Origin: Candidatus Latescibacterota bacterium
Lineage (GTDB): Bacteria > Latescibacterota > UBA2968 > UBA8231
DNA length: 64,000 bases
Direction: 5' to 3'
Assembly: GCA_965203175.1 (NCBI GenBank)
Contig: OZ241867.1
Location: forward strand, 1,312,001-1,376,000
Shown here: piece after piece, positions 9,989 through 20,616 of the stretch
Layout: each line of letters opens with the position of its first letter
Numbering within the stretch: position 1 is the stretch's first letter
Translations under genes and position numbers: made by a program
Notes under the pieces: model-generated
What the model saw: the letters and a program-made list of their open reading frames with translations, nothing else
Database searches by the model: none
What the model was told of the DNA's origin: nothing

Positions 9989-11101
9989 ATGGCTCAGGTT
10001 CTATCTAATCGCACCGTCGTCCGGGACGGTTGGCACAATATGTGTTCCGACCTCTGCTTCTGGCGGGACACCTTCTGGCTGGTCTACGATCGGACTTCGG
10101 CACACACAGCGCCTGACGGCGTCATCGTTCTGCTGAGATCGGCGGACTTGAGACGCTGGGACGAGGTCGCCGTCTTCAGGACGCCCAACGACGCGAGGGA
10201 CGGGAAACTCGCGGCTACCGACGATGAGCTCTTCGTGTTCTGCGCCGACAGCAGATATGAACCGATCGCCGGACGGAAGCGGCAGGTAATCCACTCTTAC
10301 GTCTTCGTTTCGGACGACGGCTACAGTTGGTCGGCACCGACGGGAATACTCGACAGAAACTACTGGCTGTGGCGCGTGAGGGTACACGACGGGGTCTTCT
10401 ACTGTGCCGAAAAGGGGGGTGAGCTCCTTTCCAGCCAAGACGGCCGCAACTGGACGTTCGTTTCCAGAATTCCCGATGGTGAGGGCGCAACCCCGCAGGA
10501 GCTGCAGGAAGCCCGCGAGCTCGACCACCGCACGACGCCGCGATTCAACGAAGCGGACGTCATCTTCCGACCGGACGGAGAGCTGTGGTGCGTATCCCGG
10601 ACGAGGGAGCCCGACCAGCATTCGCTCCTCTACACTTCCATCCCCCCTTACAAGGAGTGGTCGTGCGTGGACCTCGAGACGCTGATCCAATGTCCGGCGC
10701 TGTGCGAATCGGGAGGGAAGGTGTACGCGGCCGGGCGCCGCGACCCCACCGCACCTTGGATTCCGCAGCACTCGCCCGCGGGCAACACTGGGATTTTCCT
10801 GCTGGGTCGGGATGGAGTGACGCCGGTATTCGCGCTGCCGAGCGACGGGGACGCGGCCTATCCGGGTCTTCTCTCGCTCGAGGCGGACCGGCTGATCATC
10901 AGCTACTACTCGCAGCACGCCTATCTGAGCGGCGTGGTCGAGGGCGAGAAGAGACACCTCCCCCACATAGAGCGGTGGGGGGCTCTCCGGCGAGACGCGC
11001 CCCCGCCCGGCTACGAGCTGTCGCACTTCAAGAGCGGGCCTGCCGACATCTTCGTCGCCGAAGTCGATCTAGCGGCCGAGAACGTGGAGGCGTCATTCTG
11101 A
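9989..11101 (+). CDS. BNR/Asp-box beta-propeller protein (sialidase-like fold)
   Basis: Asp-box-like SDDGYSW and SQDGRNW, plus LPSDGDAAYPG and ISYYSQH. Confidence 0.6.
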   Translation: MAQVLSNRTVVRDGWHNMCSDLCFWRDTFWLVYDRTSAHTAPDGVIVLLRSADLRRWDEVAVFRTPNDARDGKLAATDDELFVFCADSRYEPIAGRKRQVIHSYVFVSDDGYSWSAPTGILDRNYWLWRVRVHDGVFYCAEKGGELLSSQDGRNWTFVSRIPDGEGATPQELQEARELDHRTTPRFNEADVIFRPDGELWCVSRTREPDQHSLLYTSIPPYKEWSCVDLETLIQCPALCESGGKVYAAGRRDPTAPWIPQHSPAGNTGIFLLGRDGVTPVFALPSDGDAAYPGLLSLEADRLIISYYSQHAYLSGVVEGEKRHLPHIERWGALRRDAPPPGYELSHFKSGPADIFVAEVDLAAENVEASF

Positions 11102-11112
11102 GGAGAGCGGCC

Positions 11113-12171
11113 TTATTGCGACCAAGCTTGAGGGTCCAGCCCAAGGCTCCGTGCGGCCTCGATGATGTGGCCCCAAGTCGTGTCGTCGATGGGAATACCC
11201 TCTTCTTGGCGCTGGTGCCCCGTGCGGTATTCAGGGTCGCCGGGCAGCAGTATCTCGCCGATATGCGGATCAACCCGGCTGGTGGATACATGGCGGATTA
11301 GGCTTTCGAGCTCGTCGAAGTAGTAGTCCATTTCGACGAAGTGCTCGATGTTGTACACCGTTAGGTGTAGCCCGTTGCTCTGCATGACGGTCTCGCCGTT
11401 GGCACAGCCCTGACCGCTGAGGGCCCCGCCTAGGATCTCAACTATCATACTCAGGCAGTACCCCTTATAGGCCACCGGGCCGCCGAAAGGCAGGATCGCG
11501 CCGGGCGGATCGCCGACAAAGGCCTCTGGATCGGTAGAGGGGTTGCCATCGTGGTCGATAATCCGCCCCTCGGGTAGCTGTTCTCCCCGGTTGTGGGCGA
11601 CGCGGACCTTGCCCTCGGCGCAGACCGAAGTGGTCATATCGACCAAGAGCGGATCGGCGTTGCGCCGAGGTGCAGCGCAGGATATGGGGTTGGTGCTGAG
11701 CTTGCCGTCGATCCCACCGTAGGGAGCAATCTGGCGCCCGAGATGACCGGCGTTGCAAAAGGCTAGGCCGATCATGCCTTGGCGGGCGACCTGTAGCGGA
11801 TAGGCCCCCACCCGGCCAACGTGCCCGCAGTTGCGCAGCGTGGCGGTAGCGACCCCGTACTGGGCGGCCTTGTCGATGGCTAGCTGGGTGGCGAAGGTCC
11901 CGCCGATCTGGCCCATAGTGCTGCCGCCATCGACGACCACTGTGCAGGGTCTTTCGCTGACAATAGAGGGCTGGCCTTTGGGATCAAAGATGCCGTCTTG
12001 GATCTGTTCGACGTATTCGTAGAGGCGCAGGCTGCCGTGCGAGTCGTGTCCGTAGAGAGAAGACTCGACTAAGTGGTCGGTCACGGCGCGGGCGCTGGCG
12101 GGAGGGCAGCCGGCCGTCTCGAAAAGCTGGTACCCTATCTGGCGCAGGTCGTCGGGTTTGATGTGCGGCAT
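11113..12171 (-). CDS. Ldh_2 family oxidoreductase (malate/lactate/ureidoglycolate dehydrogenase type)
   Basis: GHDSHG, HVGRVGAY, STNPI, DMTTS, YKGYCL motifs. Confidence 0.85.
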   Translation of the reverse strand: MPHIKPDDLRQIGYQLFETAGCPPASARAVTDHLVESSLYGHDSHGSLRLYEYVEQIQDGIFDPKGQPSIVSERPCTVVVDGGSTMGQIGGTFATQLAIDKAAQYGVATATLRNCGHVGRVGAYPLQVARQGMIGLAFCNAGHLGRQIAPYGGIDGKLSTNPISCAAPRRNADPLLVDMTTSVCAEGKVRVAHNRGEQLPEGRIIDHDGNPSTDPEAFVGDPPGAILPFGGPVAYKGYCLSMIVEILGGALSGQGCANGETVMQSNGLHLTVYNIEHFVEMDYYFDELESLIRHVSTSRVDPHIGEILLPGDPEYRTGHQRQEEGIPIDDTTWGHIIEAARSLGLDPQAWSQ

Positions 12172-12986
12172 TAGTTAGTTGCTCCCTCGAGGACGCGCTC
12201 GATTTCTCGTTCCCAAGTCTCAGCGACTCGCACGCCGTATTCGGCTTGGCCACCAGTGGCTTCCGGCCCCACCAAGATGGGCTGGCCGCGTCTTTGGCCG
12301 ATGAGCTTGGCGCGATCGACGCAGGCGGTGTGCAGGAAGTGAAAGGCAAGTCCGGCGCGCTCGCGATTGGTGGTATTTGCCTTGGTGGAGTGGGCGGTGC
12401 CGTAGCAGAAGAAAACGACGCCACCGGCCTTTAGCTCAATGGGCACGGCGCGTTCCTCGGGTACTTGGCAGTGGATGTGGTGATCGGAGTAGGGGTCGCG
12501 GCCGTGCGGATATTCCTCTTTGAAGGAGTCGTGCACGACGTGGATGGTGCCATTTTCGATGGTTGCGTCGTGAACGGCAACCCACATGGCAGTGCCTTTT
12601 AATGGGTCGTCTATTTTGAAATAGGCGTTGTCTTGGTGCCAGTCTGTGCCGATGCCGTGTCCGGCCGGCTTGAGAAACATCTGATCTAGGTGTAGGATGA
12701 AGGGAGTGCCGATGAGCTGTGAAATGGAGATGGTGACTTTTTCGTCAAAGGGCAGGGCGCGGATGAGATCGCTTTTGTCGTACAGAGGAATCAGTTGCAA
12801 ATTGACCTTGGTGGTGGAGGGAGTCTCGCCGTCGCCCTCGGTGGCGACATTGCGGACCAAGCCCTCGCGTTTGAAGCGCTCGACTTCGGCTTGTATGGCT
12901 TGGACTTCGCGGGGAGCAAAAAAATCGAGCACCGCAACGTAGCCGTGATTTTTGAAATGGGTTACTTGGGCGTGGGAGAGAGACAC
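12171..12986 (-). CDS. Phytanoyl-CoA dioxygenase (PhyH) family protein
   Basis: WHQD HxD motif with a distal H (GTAHST). Confidence 0.85.
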   Translation of the reverse strand: MSLSHAQVTHFKNHGYVAVLDFFAPREVQAIQAEVERFKREGLVRNVATEGDGETPSTTKVNLQLIPLYDKSDLIRALPFDEKVTISISQLIGTPFILHLDQMFLKPAGHGIGTDWHQDNAYFKIDDPLKGTAMWVAVHDATIENGTIHVVHDSFKEEYPHGRDPYSDHHIHCQVPEERAVPIELKAGGVVFFCYGTAHSTKANTTNRERAGLAFHFLHTACVDRAKLIGQRRGQPILVGPEATGGQAEYGVRVAETWEREIERVLEGATN

Positions 12987-13019
12987 GGGTGGTTCCTCGT
13001 CTTGTGCAGGGTGGCGGGA

Positions 13020-14432
13020 CTAGGTTGCGCGCTGAGAGGCTCGCGCCAACTCGCATAAGAGCGCGGCCGCAGTGCGGATGCCGCGGTGAAAGTCGCGCAT
13101 GGAAAAGCGCTCGTTAGGGCCGTGCCAATTGTCGGTGATTTGCCCTAGGCCGATGAGCAGGACCGGTGCGCCCGTCGCAGCGGCAAAATCGACGACGATG
13201 GGGATGGAGCCGCCCTCGCGGGTAAACACCGGCTCGATTCCGAATCCCTTGCGCATCGCCGCGAGCGCAGGCTCGACTAGTGGATGGTCTAGATCCAAAT
13301 AGTAGGCCAGTGAGCAATGCTGGTTTTTGAATTCGACGCGGGTGTCTGCGGGCAGACGAGCGCGGATGTGCTCTTCGAGGGCAGCTTGGATGTGTTCGGG
13401 GTTTTGGTCGGGCACTAGTCGGCAAGAGACGGCCGCTCGGGCTACCGCCGGTATGACGGTGCGCGGACTGCCGCCGCGGAGGAGGTTGATGTCGAGCGTG
13501 GGACGAGTCCAGCGTCTTTCGAGGAGGGAGTATTCCCGTTCTCCCACCAGCGAGGGCACGCCCAAGGTGCGGCAATAGGCTTCCTCATCAACCGCGAGGG
13601 CAGCGTAGAGGCTTTTTTCTCGGGCCGAAAGCGGCTGCACCCCCTCGTAGAAACCGGGCACAGTGATATGCCCGTCGGCGTCAATGAGGTCGGCCAAGGC
13701 GTTGACGAGTAGTTGATTGGGATTGTGGACAATCCCGCCGAAAAGACCGGAATGCACGTCCTGGGTCGGCCCCAAAACCTCGACTTCGGTATAGACAATA
13801 CCGCGCAGACCCAAAGTCAGCGAGGGCTGGTCCGGCCCGTACATGCTGGTATCGGAAATCACCGTACAGAGCACTGGGGCAAATTCATCAAGCCCACCCT
13901 CGGCCACAAACTGGCTCAACGCAGCGCTGCCGCATTCCTCCTCGCCTTCGATCAGGAAGACCAGATTGAACGGAAGCTGATTCCCATTGGCGAAGACGAC
14001 TTCGGCCGCCTTCAGATGCGCGAAGCAGGGCCCCTTATTGTCGCTGGCCCCTCGGGCGATTAGGAAGCCATCCCGCTCCTCGGCGGCAAAGGGATCCACC
14101 TCCCAAGCCGAGCGCGGATTGTCCACGCCTTGGACATCATAATGACCGTAGATCAAGACGGTGGGTCGGTCCGGCGAGAACGCGGGGCTACGGGCAAGAA
14201 CCAAGGGATTGGTAGCGGGCCTCACTTGGATCTTCTCGACCTCGAACCCCATTTGCTCGAATTGGCCGACGAGGAAATCGGCCGCTTGGGCGAGGCCCTC
14301 GCCTGTATCGTCATCGGCCCCAGCACTGACGCTGGGGATGCGTATAAAGGATTTCAGTTGTTCGATATAGGCCCGCTGCTGCTCGTCGATACACAGCAGC
14401 GCTTTTTCCAAGGCTACGCCTTCCTCTCGCAT
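13020..14432 (-). CDS. M20/M25/M40 family metallo-dipeptidase
   Basis: YGHYDVQ, ARGASDNKG, EGEEECGS, DVHSG, HGPNE motifs. Confidence 0.9.
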   Translation of the reverse strand: MREEGVALEKALLCIDEQQRAYIEQLKSFIRIPSVSAGADDDTGEGLAQAADFLVGQFEQMGFEVEKIQVRPATNPLVLARSPAFSPDRPTVLIYGHYDVQGVDNPRSAWEVDPFAAEERDGFLIARGASDNKGPCFAHLKAAEVVFANGNQLPFNLVFLIEGEEECGSAALSQFVAEGGLDEFAPVLCTVISDTSMYGPDQPSLTLGLRGIVYTEVEVLGPTQDVHSGLFGGIVHNPNQLLVNALADLIDADGHITVPGFYEGVQPLSAREKSLYAALAVDEEAYCRTLGVPSLVGEREYSLLERRWTRPTLDINLLRGGSPRTVIPAVARAAVSCRLVPDQNPEHIQAALEEHIRARLPADTRVEFKNQHCSLAYYLDLDHPLVEPALAAMRKGFGIEPVFTREGGSIPIVVDFAAATGAPVLLIGLGQITDNWHGPNERFSMRDFHRGIRTAAALLCELARASQRAT

Positions 14433-14611
14433 CGCTTCTCTGTTCTCTGATCGTCTTCCCCACCCTGCAGCCTAGCCCGCCAGCGCGCATTTCGACCAGC
14501 GGTGGTGCTCTTGCTGAGGTCGGGTTTATTCATTAGCTTTTTGCAAAACAAAAATTGAGAATCAAGTCCGATTTGCCCGCCTTGCCCGCTTCCCGCAACT
14601 GTGCAATATAA

Positions 14612-15736
<1,125 letters not shown>

Positions 15737-15784
15737 CTCAATACGAAGCCCTGCGCCTTAGGCGGAGACAGAAAGGCGAAACGC

Positions 15785-16270
15785 ATGTTTGAGGAAGTCT
15801 GGAGAGCCTACGAAGAAAACGAACTAAGCCACAGTGCGGCCCATCACCTGATGGCGGTCCACGAGTTGCGCGAGGCGCACGGCTACGCCCGCGTCTCGGA
15901 TGTCGCCAAGCATCTGAGCATCACCAAAGGTAGCGTCTCGACAGCCATGAAGCACCTCAAGGAGCGCGGCTATGTGCAAGAGGATCTCAATCGCTTCCTC
16001 GAACTTACCGAACAGGGCTTGAAAGTGGTGCAGGAGGTCGAGGAAACGCGCTTGGTCGTACAGCGGTTCCTTAAAGATGCCCTCGGTATGGATGAGGACG
16101 ACGCCATGATCGACGCCTGTAAGGTCGAGCACCTAATCAGTACGGAAGCGCGGATGCGGCTGGTCCATTTTCTGCGCGTGTTGTTTTCGGAAAAACCTGC
16201 GGCCAATGGGTTCCTCCAGATGTTCCGCGAAGATGCCCTAGAGTCTAGCAATGGCGACGTGAAAGCGTGA
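15785..16270 (+). CDS. DtxR/MntR family metal-dependent transcriptional regulator
   Basis: ARVSDVAKHLSITKGSVS winged HTH and the dimerisation motif ACKVEHLIS. Confidence 0.85.
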   Translation: MFEEVWRAYEENELSHSAAHHLMAVHELREAHGYARVSDVAKHLSITKGSVSTAMKHLKERGYVQEDLNRFLELTEQGLKVVQEVEETRLVVQRFLKDALGMDEDDAMIDACKVEHLISTEARMRLVHFLRVLFSEKPAANGFLQMFREDALESSNGDVKA

Positions 16271-16354
16271 AACCTCTGCGGCCTGTTATGGCTACCCCCT
16301 GGTTGCCCTAGCAGAGAGCGAGTAGATTCTGAGAGGACATAGCTTCTATCTATC

Positions 16355-16381
16355 AGGCCGGACGTCGTCCGGCCTTTTTTT
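16355..16381 (+). terminator. Intrinsic terminator after the gap/DtxR unit
   Basis: AGGCCGGAC-GTC-GTCCGGCCT followed by a T-run. Confidence 0.8.
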
Positions 16382-16390
16382 GAGTGAACA

Positions 16391-17356
16391 ATGCTAGGTT
16401 TCCTTCTGCGACAATTTCTGCCCGTTGGTTTGTTGGTCGTGGCCGTGGTGGGTTTCTTCTTTCCCCGTCCAGGCCTTTACATGGCCGAACTACCCACGCA
16501 GTACGTCGCGGTTGGCCTCATCTTTTTCTTGTCGGGTCTGATGCTAAAGACCGACGAAGTCCACGCCGCCCTCGCCGCGTGGAAGGCGACGTCCTGGGGG
16601 TGTGTTTCGATTCTCTTTGCCACGCCCTTTCTCGGTGCGGCGATCGCGTTCCAACTTCCGATGGAGCCCGCCTTCCAATTCGGTCTGGCCCTGTTCTGCT
16701 GCATGCCGACGACCCTGACTTCGGGCGTGGCGCTGACGGCGCAGGCCCGGGGCAACGTCGCCTTGGCCTTGCTTTTGACGGTGCTGACCAATATCGCCGG
16801 TATCTTCACGGTGCCCTTCGTGTTGGCGCATCTTCTGAGTTCCCTAGGCCAGGTCGAGCTTTCGGCTAGCGATCTGTTCGCCAAACTCTGTCTTTCGATC
16901 TTGCTGCCCTTGGGTGTCGGCAAGTACCTGCGGCGCTTTGCCGTCGATTGGATTGACGCCCAGCGCTCGCAGTTGACTTTGGCCAGCAACGCGGCGCTGA
17001 TCTCGATTCCGTGGATGAAATTCAGCGAGTCTTCCGGACGGCTAGCCCAGATAGAACCTGCGAGCTTGTTGATTCTGGTAGTGTCTGGATTGGCAATCCA
17101 CGCACTCTACCTGCTGCTCAACGGCGGCGCTTGCGCGCTTTTGCAACTCGAAGCGGCGGCGCGCAAGACCGTTGTGCTGATGGCCAGCCAAAAGACCTTG
17201 CCGGTGGCGATGACGGTGCTGGCATTTTTGCCGGATTCGGCGGTCTCGCCCGAGCAGAAGGGGTTGCTAGCAATACCTTGTATTGTATTTCACCTAGGGC
17301 AGATTTTCATGGATGCAGTTATCGCGACGCGGTGGGGGAACCGTGCAGCAGGTTAG
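16391..17356 (+). CDS. Bile acid:sodium symporter (SBF-like) family transporter
   Basis: IFFLSGL, PTTLTSGVALT..A.GN and SQKTLP motifs, multiple TM helices. Confidence 0.85.
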   Translation: MLGFLLRQFLPVGLLVVAVVGFFFPRPGLYMAELPTQYVAVGLIFFLSGLMLKTDEVHAALAAWKATSWGCVSILFATPFLGAAIAFQLPMEPAFQFGLALFCCMPTTLTSGVALTAQARGNVALALLLTVLTNIAGIFTVPFVLAHLLSSLGQVELSASDLFAKLCLSILLPLGVGKYLRRFAVDWIDAQRSQLTLASNAALISIPWMKFSESSGRLAQIEPASLLILVVSGLAIHALYLLLNGGACALLQLEAAARKTVVLMASQKTLPVAMTVLAFLPDSAVSPEQKGLLAIPCIVFHLGQIFMDAVIATRWGNRAAG

Positions 17357-17405
17357 GTGTTCTCACAGTGCAGGCTATGGCTCTCTTTTAATGGAGAGGA
17401 AGACT

Positions 17406-17810
17406 ATGCGATACTTGATTGCGGCGGCATGGATCGCCGTTTCCCTCGTTGCTTGTGGCGACTCGGAGTCTGTTGTTGGAGATGACAATGGAGACCAGCG
17501 GACCGAGGAAGGCGACCGTGCACAGCTAGCGGAGATGCGAGGGGAAATCGACGCGCTCATCGGCGACGCTGCAGGCGCGTCCATTGCGGACTGTCGCTAC
17601 GCGGGCGTAGGCTCCAAGCCCTGCGGCGGGCCTTGGGAGTTTGTAATTTACTCCGCCTCGTCAACCGATTCGACGGCATTAGCCGAGCGGCTGACAGCGT
17701 ATAACGCCTTTGAAGCTGAGATGAACGAGCGCTATGGGTTAGCTTCGGACTGCTCAGTGCCCAACGCGCCGGTGTTGGCGTATAGAGATGGACGGTGCGT
17801 CGCCGAGTGA
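17406..17810 (+). CDS. Putative lipoprotein
   Basis: MRYLIAAAWIAVSLVAC lipobox, Cys-containing GSKPCGGP...SDC motif. Confidence 0.7.
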   Translation: MRYLIAAAWIAVSLVACGDSESVVGDDNGDQRTEEGDRAQLAEMRGEIDALIGDAAGASIADCRYAGVGSKPCGGPWEFVIYSASSTDSTALAERLTAYNAFEAEMNERYGLASDCSVPNAPVLAYRDGRCVAE

Positions 17811-17851
17811 CGCCTTGCTTTAAGATCGTTGATCAACTCGGACCGCTCTGC

Positions 17852-18859
17852 TCAAATCTGCGAACGGTAGATCGCGTCGACCAATTCCATGGTCTTGGTC
17901 GCGTCGTCGAAATTCGTTTCGGGATCTTTTCCCTTTAACATGCAATCCACAAAATGGCGGTTGATATCGTAGGGGCCGAAGGCTCGATAGTCCTCTGCGC
18001 TGCCGGCCAAAACGGTAGGGTCCAACTCGTCGATAGGTTCGGTCTTGTTATCGGCGTAGAGCTGACCGCCTTCTTCGGGGTCGCCGAAGAAGGAGATGCC
18101 GGGGGCATGGACCTCGACGCTGAATATCCGCCGACCGGCCATGAAGTTGTTGAGCAAGAGTCCGGTGGCCCCGCTGCTGAAACGGACTAGGGCTAAGTGG
18201 ACATTCCAGTGGTCGGCGTCGAGGCGGCGCGAGTCGCTGGCAACGGATTCGACTTCGCCACCGCATAGATAGCGCAAGGTGTCGACGGCGTGGATGCCAT
18301 CGCAGGTAAGCATGTCCAACGCTCCGCGATAATAGGGCGCGCCGCCGACCCAGTTTTTGTAAAAGCTGGCGTGGGCGGTGTGCACGGACCCGCGCTTTTC
18401 GCACAGCGTTTTACCTTGGCGAATGACGGGGGCAAAACGGCGTTGGAAGGCGACGCCGGTCAAGACCTTGTGGCGGCGGGCTAAAGCGGCGAGTTGGCGG
18501 ATTTGCTCAGTGGTAACGGCGGGGGGTTTTTCGATAATGAGATGGCAGCCGTGTTCAATCACGGTGGCGCAGATGTCGAAAAGGTGGTGCGGAGGCATGA
18601 TGGCGTAAACCGCGTCGGGTTTTTCGCGTTCGAGCATTTGGCGGTAGGCGCTGTAGCGACCTTTGATGTCGTAGAGGTCACAGGTTTTGTGCAGGCGCTG
18701 TTCGTCGAGTTCGGCGACGGCGACTAGTTGGGCCTCGGGGATGTCGCGCAGTGAGGGGTAGTGGGCCATCAGGGCGCGGCCACCAGCGCCGATGAAGGCG
18801 ACGCGGAGTTTCTTGCGGGCGCGACCTTTGTACTTGGGTCGCGTTTTGGCTTTGGCCAT
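17852..18859 (-). CDS. Gfo/Idh/MocA family oxidoreductase
   Basis: FIGAGG Rossmann motif, EKP, DGIHAVD. Confidence 0.88.
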   Translation of the reverse strand: MAKAKTRPKYKGRARKKLRVAFIGAGGRALMAHYPSLRDIPEAQLVAVAELDEQRLHKTCDLYDIKGRYSAYRQMLEREKPDAVYAIMPPHHLFDICATVIEHGCHLIIEKPPAVTTEQIRQLAALARRHKVLTGVAFQRRFAPVIRQGKTLCEKRGSVHTAHASFYKNWVGGAPYYRGALDMLTCDGIHAVDTLRYLCGGEVESVASDSRRLDADHWNVHLALVRFSSGATGLLLNNFMAGRRIFSVEVHAPGISFFGDPEEGGQLYADNKTEPIDELDPTVLAGSAEDYRAFGPYDINRHFVDCMLKGKDPETNFDDATKTMELVDAIYRSQI

Positions 18860-18928
18860 GTCTATTCTCCGGACGCAGCTATGAGTGAAGATGCGCGGTC
18901 ACGTTGCCTGTCTGAATGGCTGCTGGGG

Positions 18929-20032
18929 CTACTCCTCTCGCTCCTTAAAATTTTCCGCCCGACGCAGTGCTTCGACGCCGGATTCGGCGAGCGAGATCGG
19001 AAAGTGAACGGGACGGTTGCCCTCTAGCTGCGACTGGTAGATGGCCATGACCATTTCCAATGAGCGGCGGCCCACGGCGCCGTCGCTGCGCAAGGTGCCG
19101 CGGCCTTCCAAAGCGTCGATCAACTCGGATAGTGCAGCGACGTACGTAGAAGCCGGGGCCGGCCGTTCGACTTCGACTTCTTCGAGGCTGCTCCACTCAA
19201 AGCCGCTGTCGGGCTCAGACAGCGTGACCTCGGACTGAAAGAGGCGGACCTGCTCGAGGTCCATGCGAATCAGGCCGGTCGAGCCGCGCAGTTCAAAGGC
19301 GTTGTCGTTGTACTGTGTCAGCTCGGCACCGAAGATCAGCCCGGTGGCCCCCCCTTTGAACTTGAGCATCGCGGCCGAAAAATCCTCGACAGCCCACGGA
19401 CGCATGCGCTGCTCAGCCATGCCGCATAGCCAATCCACTTCGCCGGCGTAGAGATCCATCAAGTCGAAATAGTGGGTGAAGTCGTGCAGTAAGGGCCCTT
19501 CATTTTCGCTGCGCCACCAAGGAGCCGGCTTGCCCCCATCCATGTAGCAATAGATGTGGTTGAACTCGCCGATAGCTCCCGCGTCGAGGAGCGTTTTGGC
19601 GAGAACCCACTCGGAGTGCCAGCGGCGGTTGTGGTTGATCTGCAAAAGCACGTCCTCCGCTTGGCAAGCCGCGATCATCTGGTCGCATTCCTCCAGCGAA
19701 AGGGCCATTGGTTTTTCGCAGATGATGGCTTGGGTCGAGGAGGCTTGGGCGCAGATAGTGACCATTTCGGCGTGGAGTTCGGGGTGGGTGGCGACGATGC
19801 AGATGTCGGGCTGGACTTCGGCGAGCATTTGCCGATAGTCGTGGTAGAGCGCCTCGACGCCGAAGCGCTCGCCAAAGGCGTCGAGCTTTTCGCGCCCCCG
19901 GTTGACGCCGGCGACCAACTCGCAGGAAGGGTGTTGAGTGACGGCGGCGGCGTGGTTGTCGGGCAGGTCGGAGAAACTGAACTGATAGCCGACGCGACCC
20001 GTGCCGATGATAGCAACGCGATACGTGGACAT
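18929..20032 (-). CDS. Gfo/Idh/MocA family oxidoreductase
   Basis: IIGTGRVG, CEKPM, HDFTHYFD. Start trimmed to MSTYR. Confidence 0.88.
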   Translation of the reverse strand: MSTYRVAIIGTGRVGYQFSFSDLPDNHAAAVTQHPSCELVAGVNRGREKLDAFGERFGVEALYHDYRQMLAEVQPDICIVATHPELHAEMVTICAQASSTQAIICEKPMALSLEECDQMIAACQAEDVLLQINHNRRWHSEWVLAKTLLDAGAIGEFNHIYCYMDGGKPAPWWRSENEGPLLHDFTHYFDLMDLYAGEVDWLCGMAEQRMRPWAVEDFSAAMLKFKGGATGLIFGAELTQYNDNAFELRGSTGLIRMDLEQVRLFQSEVTLSEPDSGFEWSSLEEVEVERPAPASTYVAALSELIDALEGRGTLRSDGAVGRRSLEMVMAIYQSQLEGNRPVHFPISLAESGVEALRRAENFKEREE

Positions 20033-20045
20033 GAAACCTCCAGCT

Positions 20046-20546
20046 TTAGAAGAGATCGAGTTGAGGAGCAAGCACACCTTCGAGGGCGAGCAACGCCCTT
20101 TTGATCGGCAGTCCTCCGGCATAGCCGACCAGCGCACCATTGCTGCCAACGACGCGGTGACAAGGCACGACAATCGGCAGGGGATTCCGGCCATTGGCCA
20201 AGCCGACGGCGCGGATCGAGCTTGGGTTGCCGATGCGGCGAGCTAGCTCCAAATAGGAGATCGTCTCGCCGTAGGGAATTTCCGCGAGTGCGGCCCAGAC
20301 TTTGCGCTGAAAAGCTGTCCCTTGGGGGTTGAGCGGTAGGTCAAAGCTACGTAGATGACCGGCGAAGTAGGAATCGAGCTGGTCGGCAACTGGATAGGGC
20401 AGATCAGTCACGGCCTGCCAATCCGACGGCGGGGTAAAGTCGCCGCTCTCGAAATAGATGTGTCGCAAGCCCGCGGAGTCACCGGCTAGGAGCAACTCGC
20501 CGATGGAACTGGACACTGTAGTGTAAAGCAGATTTTCAGTGGTCAT
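20046..20546 (-). CDS. ogt: Methylated-DNA-[protein]-cysteine S-methyltransferase
   Basis: GTAFQRKVW, IPYGETISY, active site VPCHRVV. Confidence 0.92.
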   Translation of the reverse strand: MTTENLLYTTVSSSIGELLLAGDSAGLRHIYFESGDFTPPSDWQAVTDLPYPVADQLDSYFAGHLRSFDLPLNPQGTAFQRKVWAALAEIPYGETISYLELARRIGNPSSIRAVGLANGRNPLPIVVPCHRVVGSNGALVGYAGGLPIKRALLALEGVLAPQLDLF

Positions 20547-20616
20547 AGCGATCCTAGTGCGATCTCCCAATGTAAACAGGTTGGTCTAGACCGTCGAGCC
20601 GCCAAGGGAAATGAAC

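Noticed and set aside
5121-11026. Long alternative-frame or antisense ORFs (e.g. 5121..6152, 6536..8125, 10001..11026)
   Set aside because: Shadow ORFs of GC-rich genes with Arg/Pro/Gly-biased composition and no motifs.
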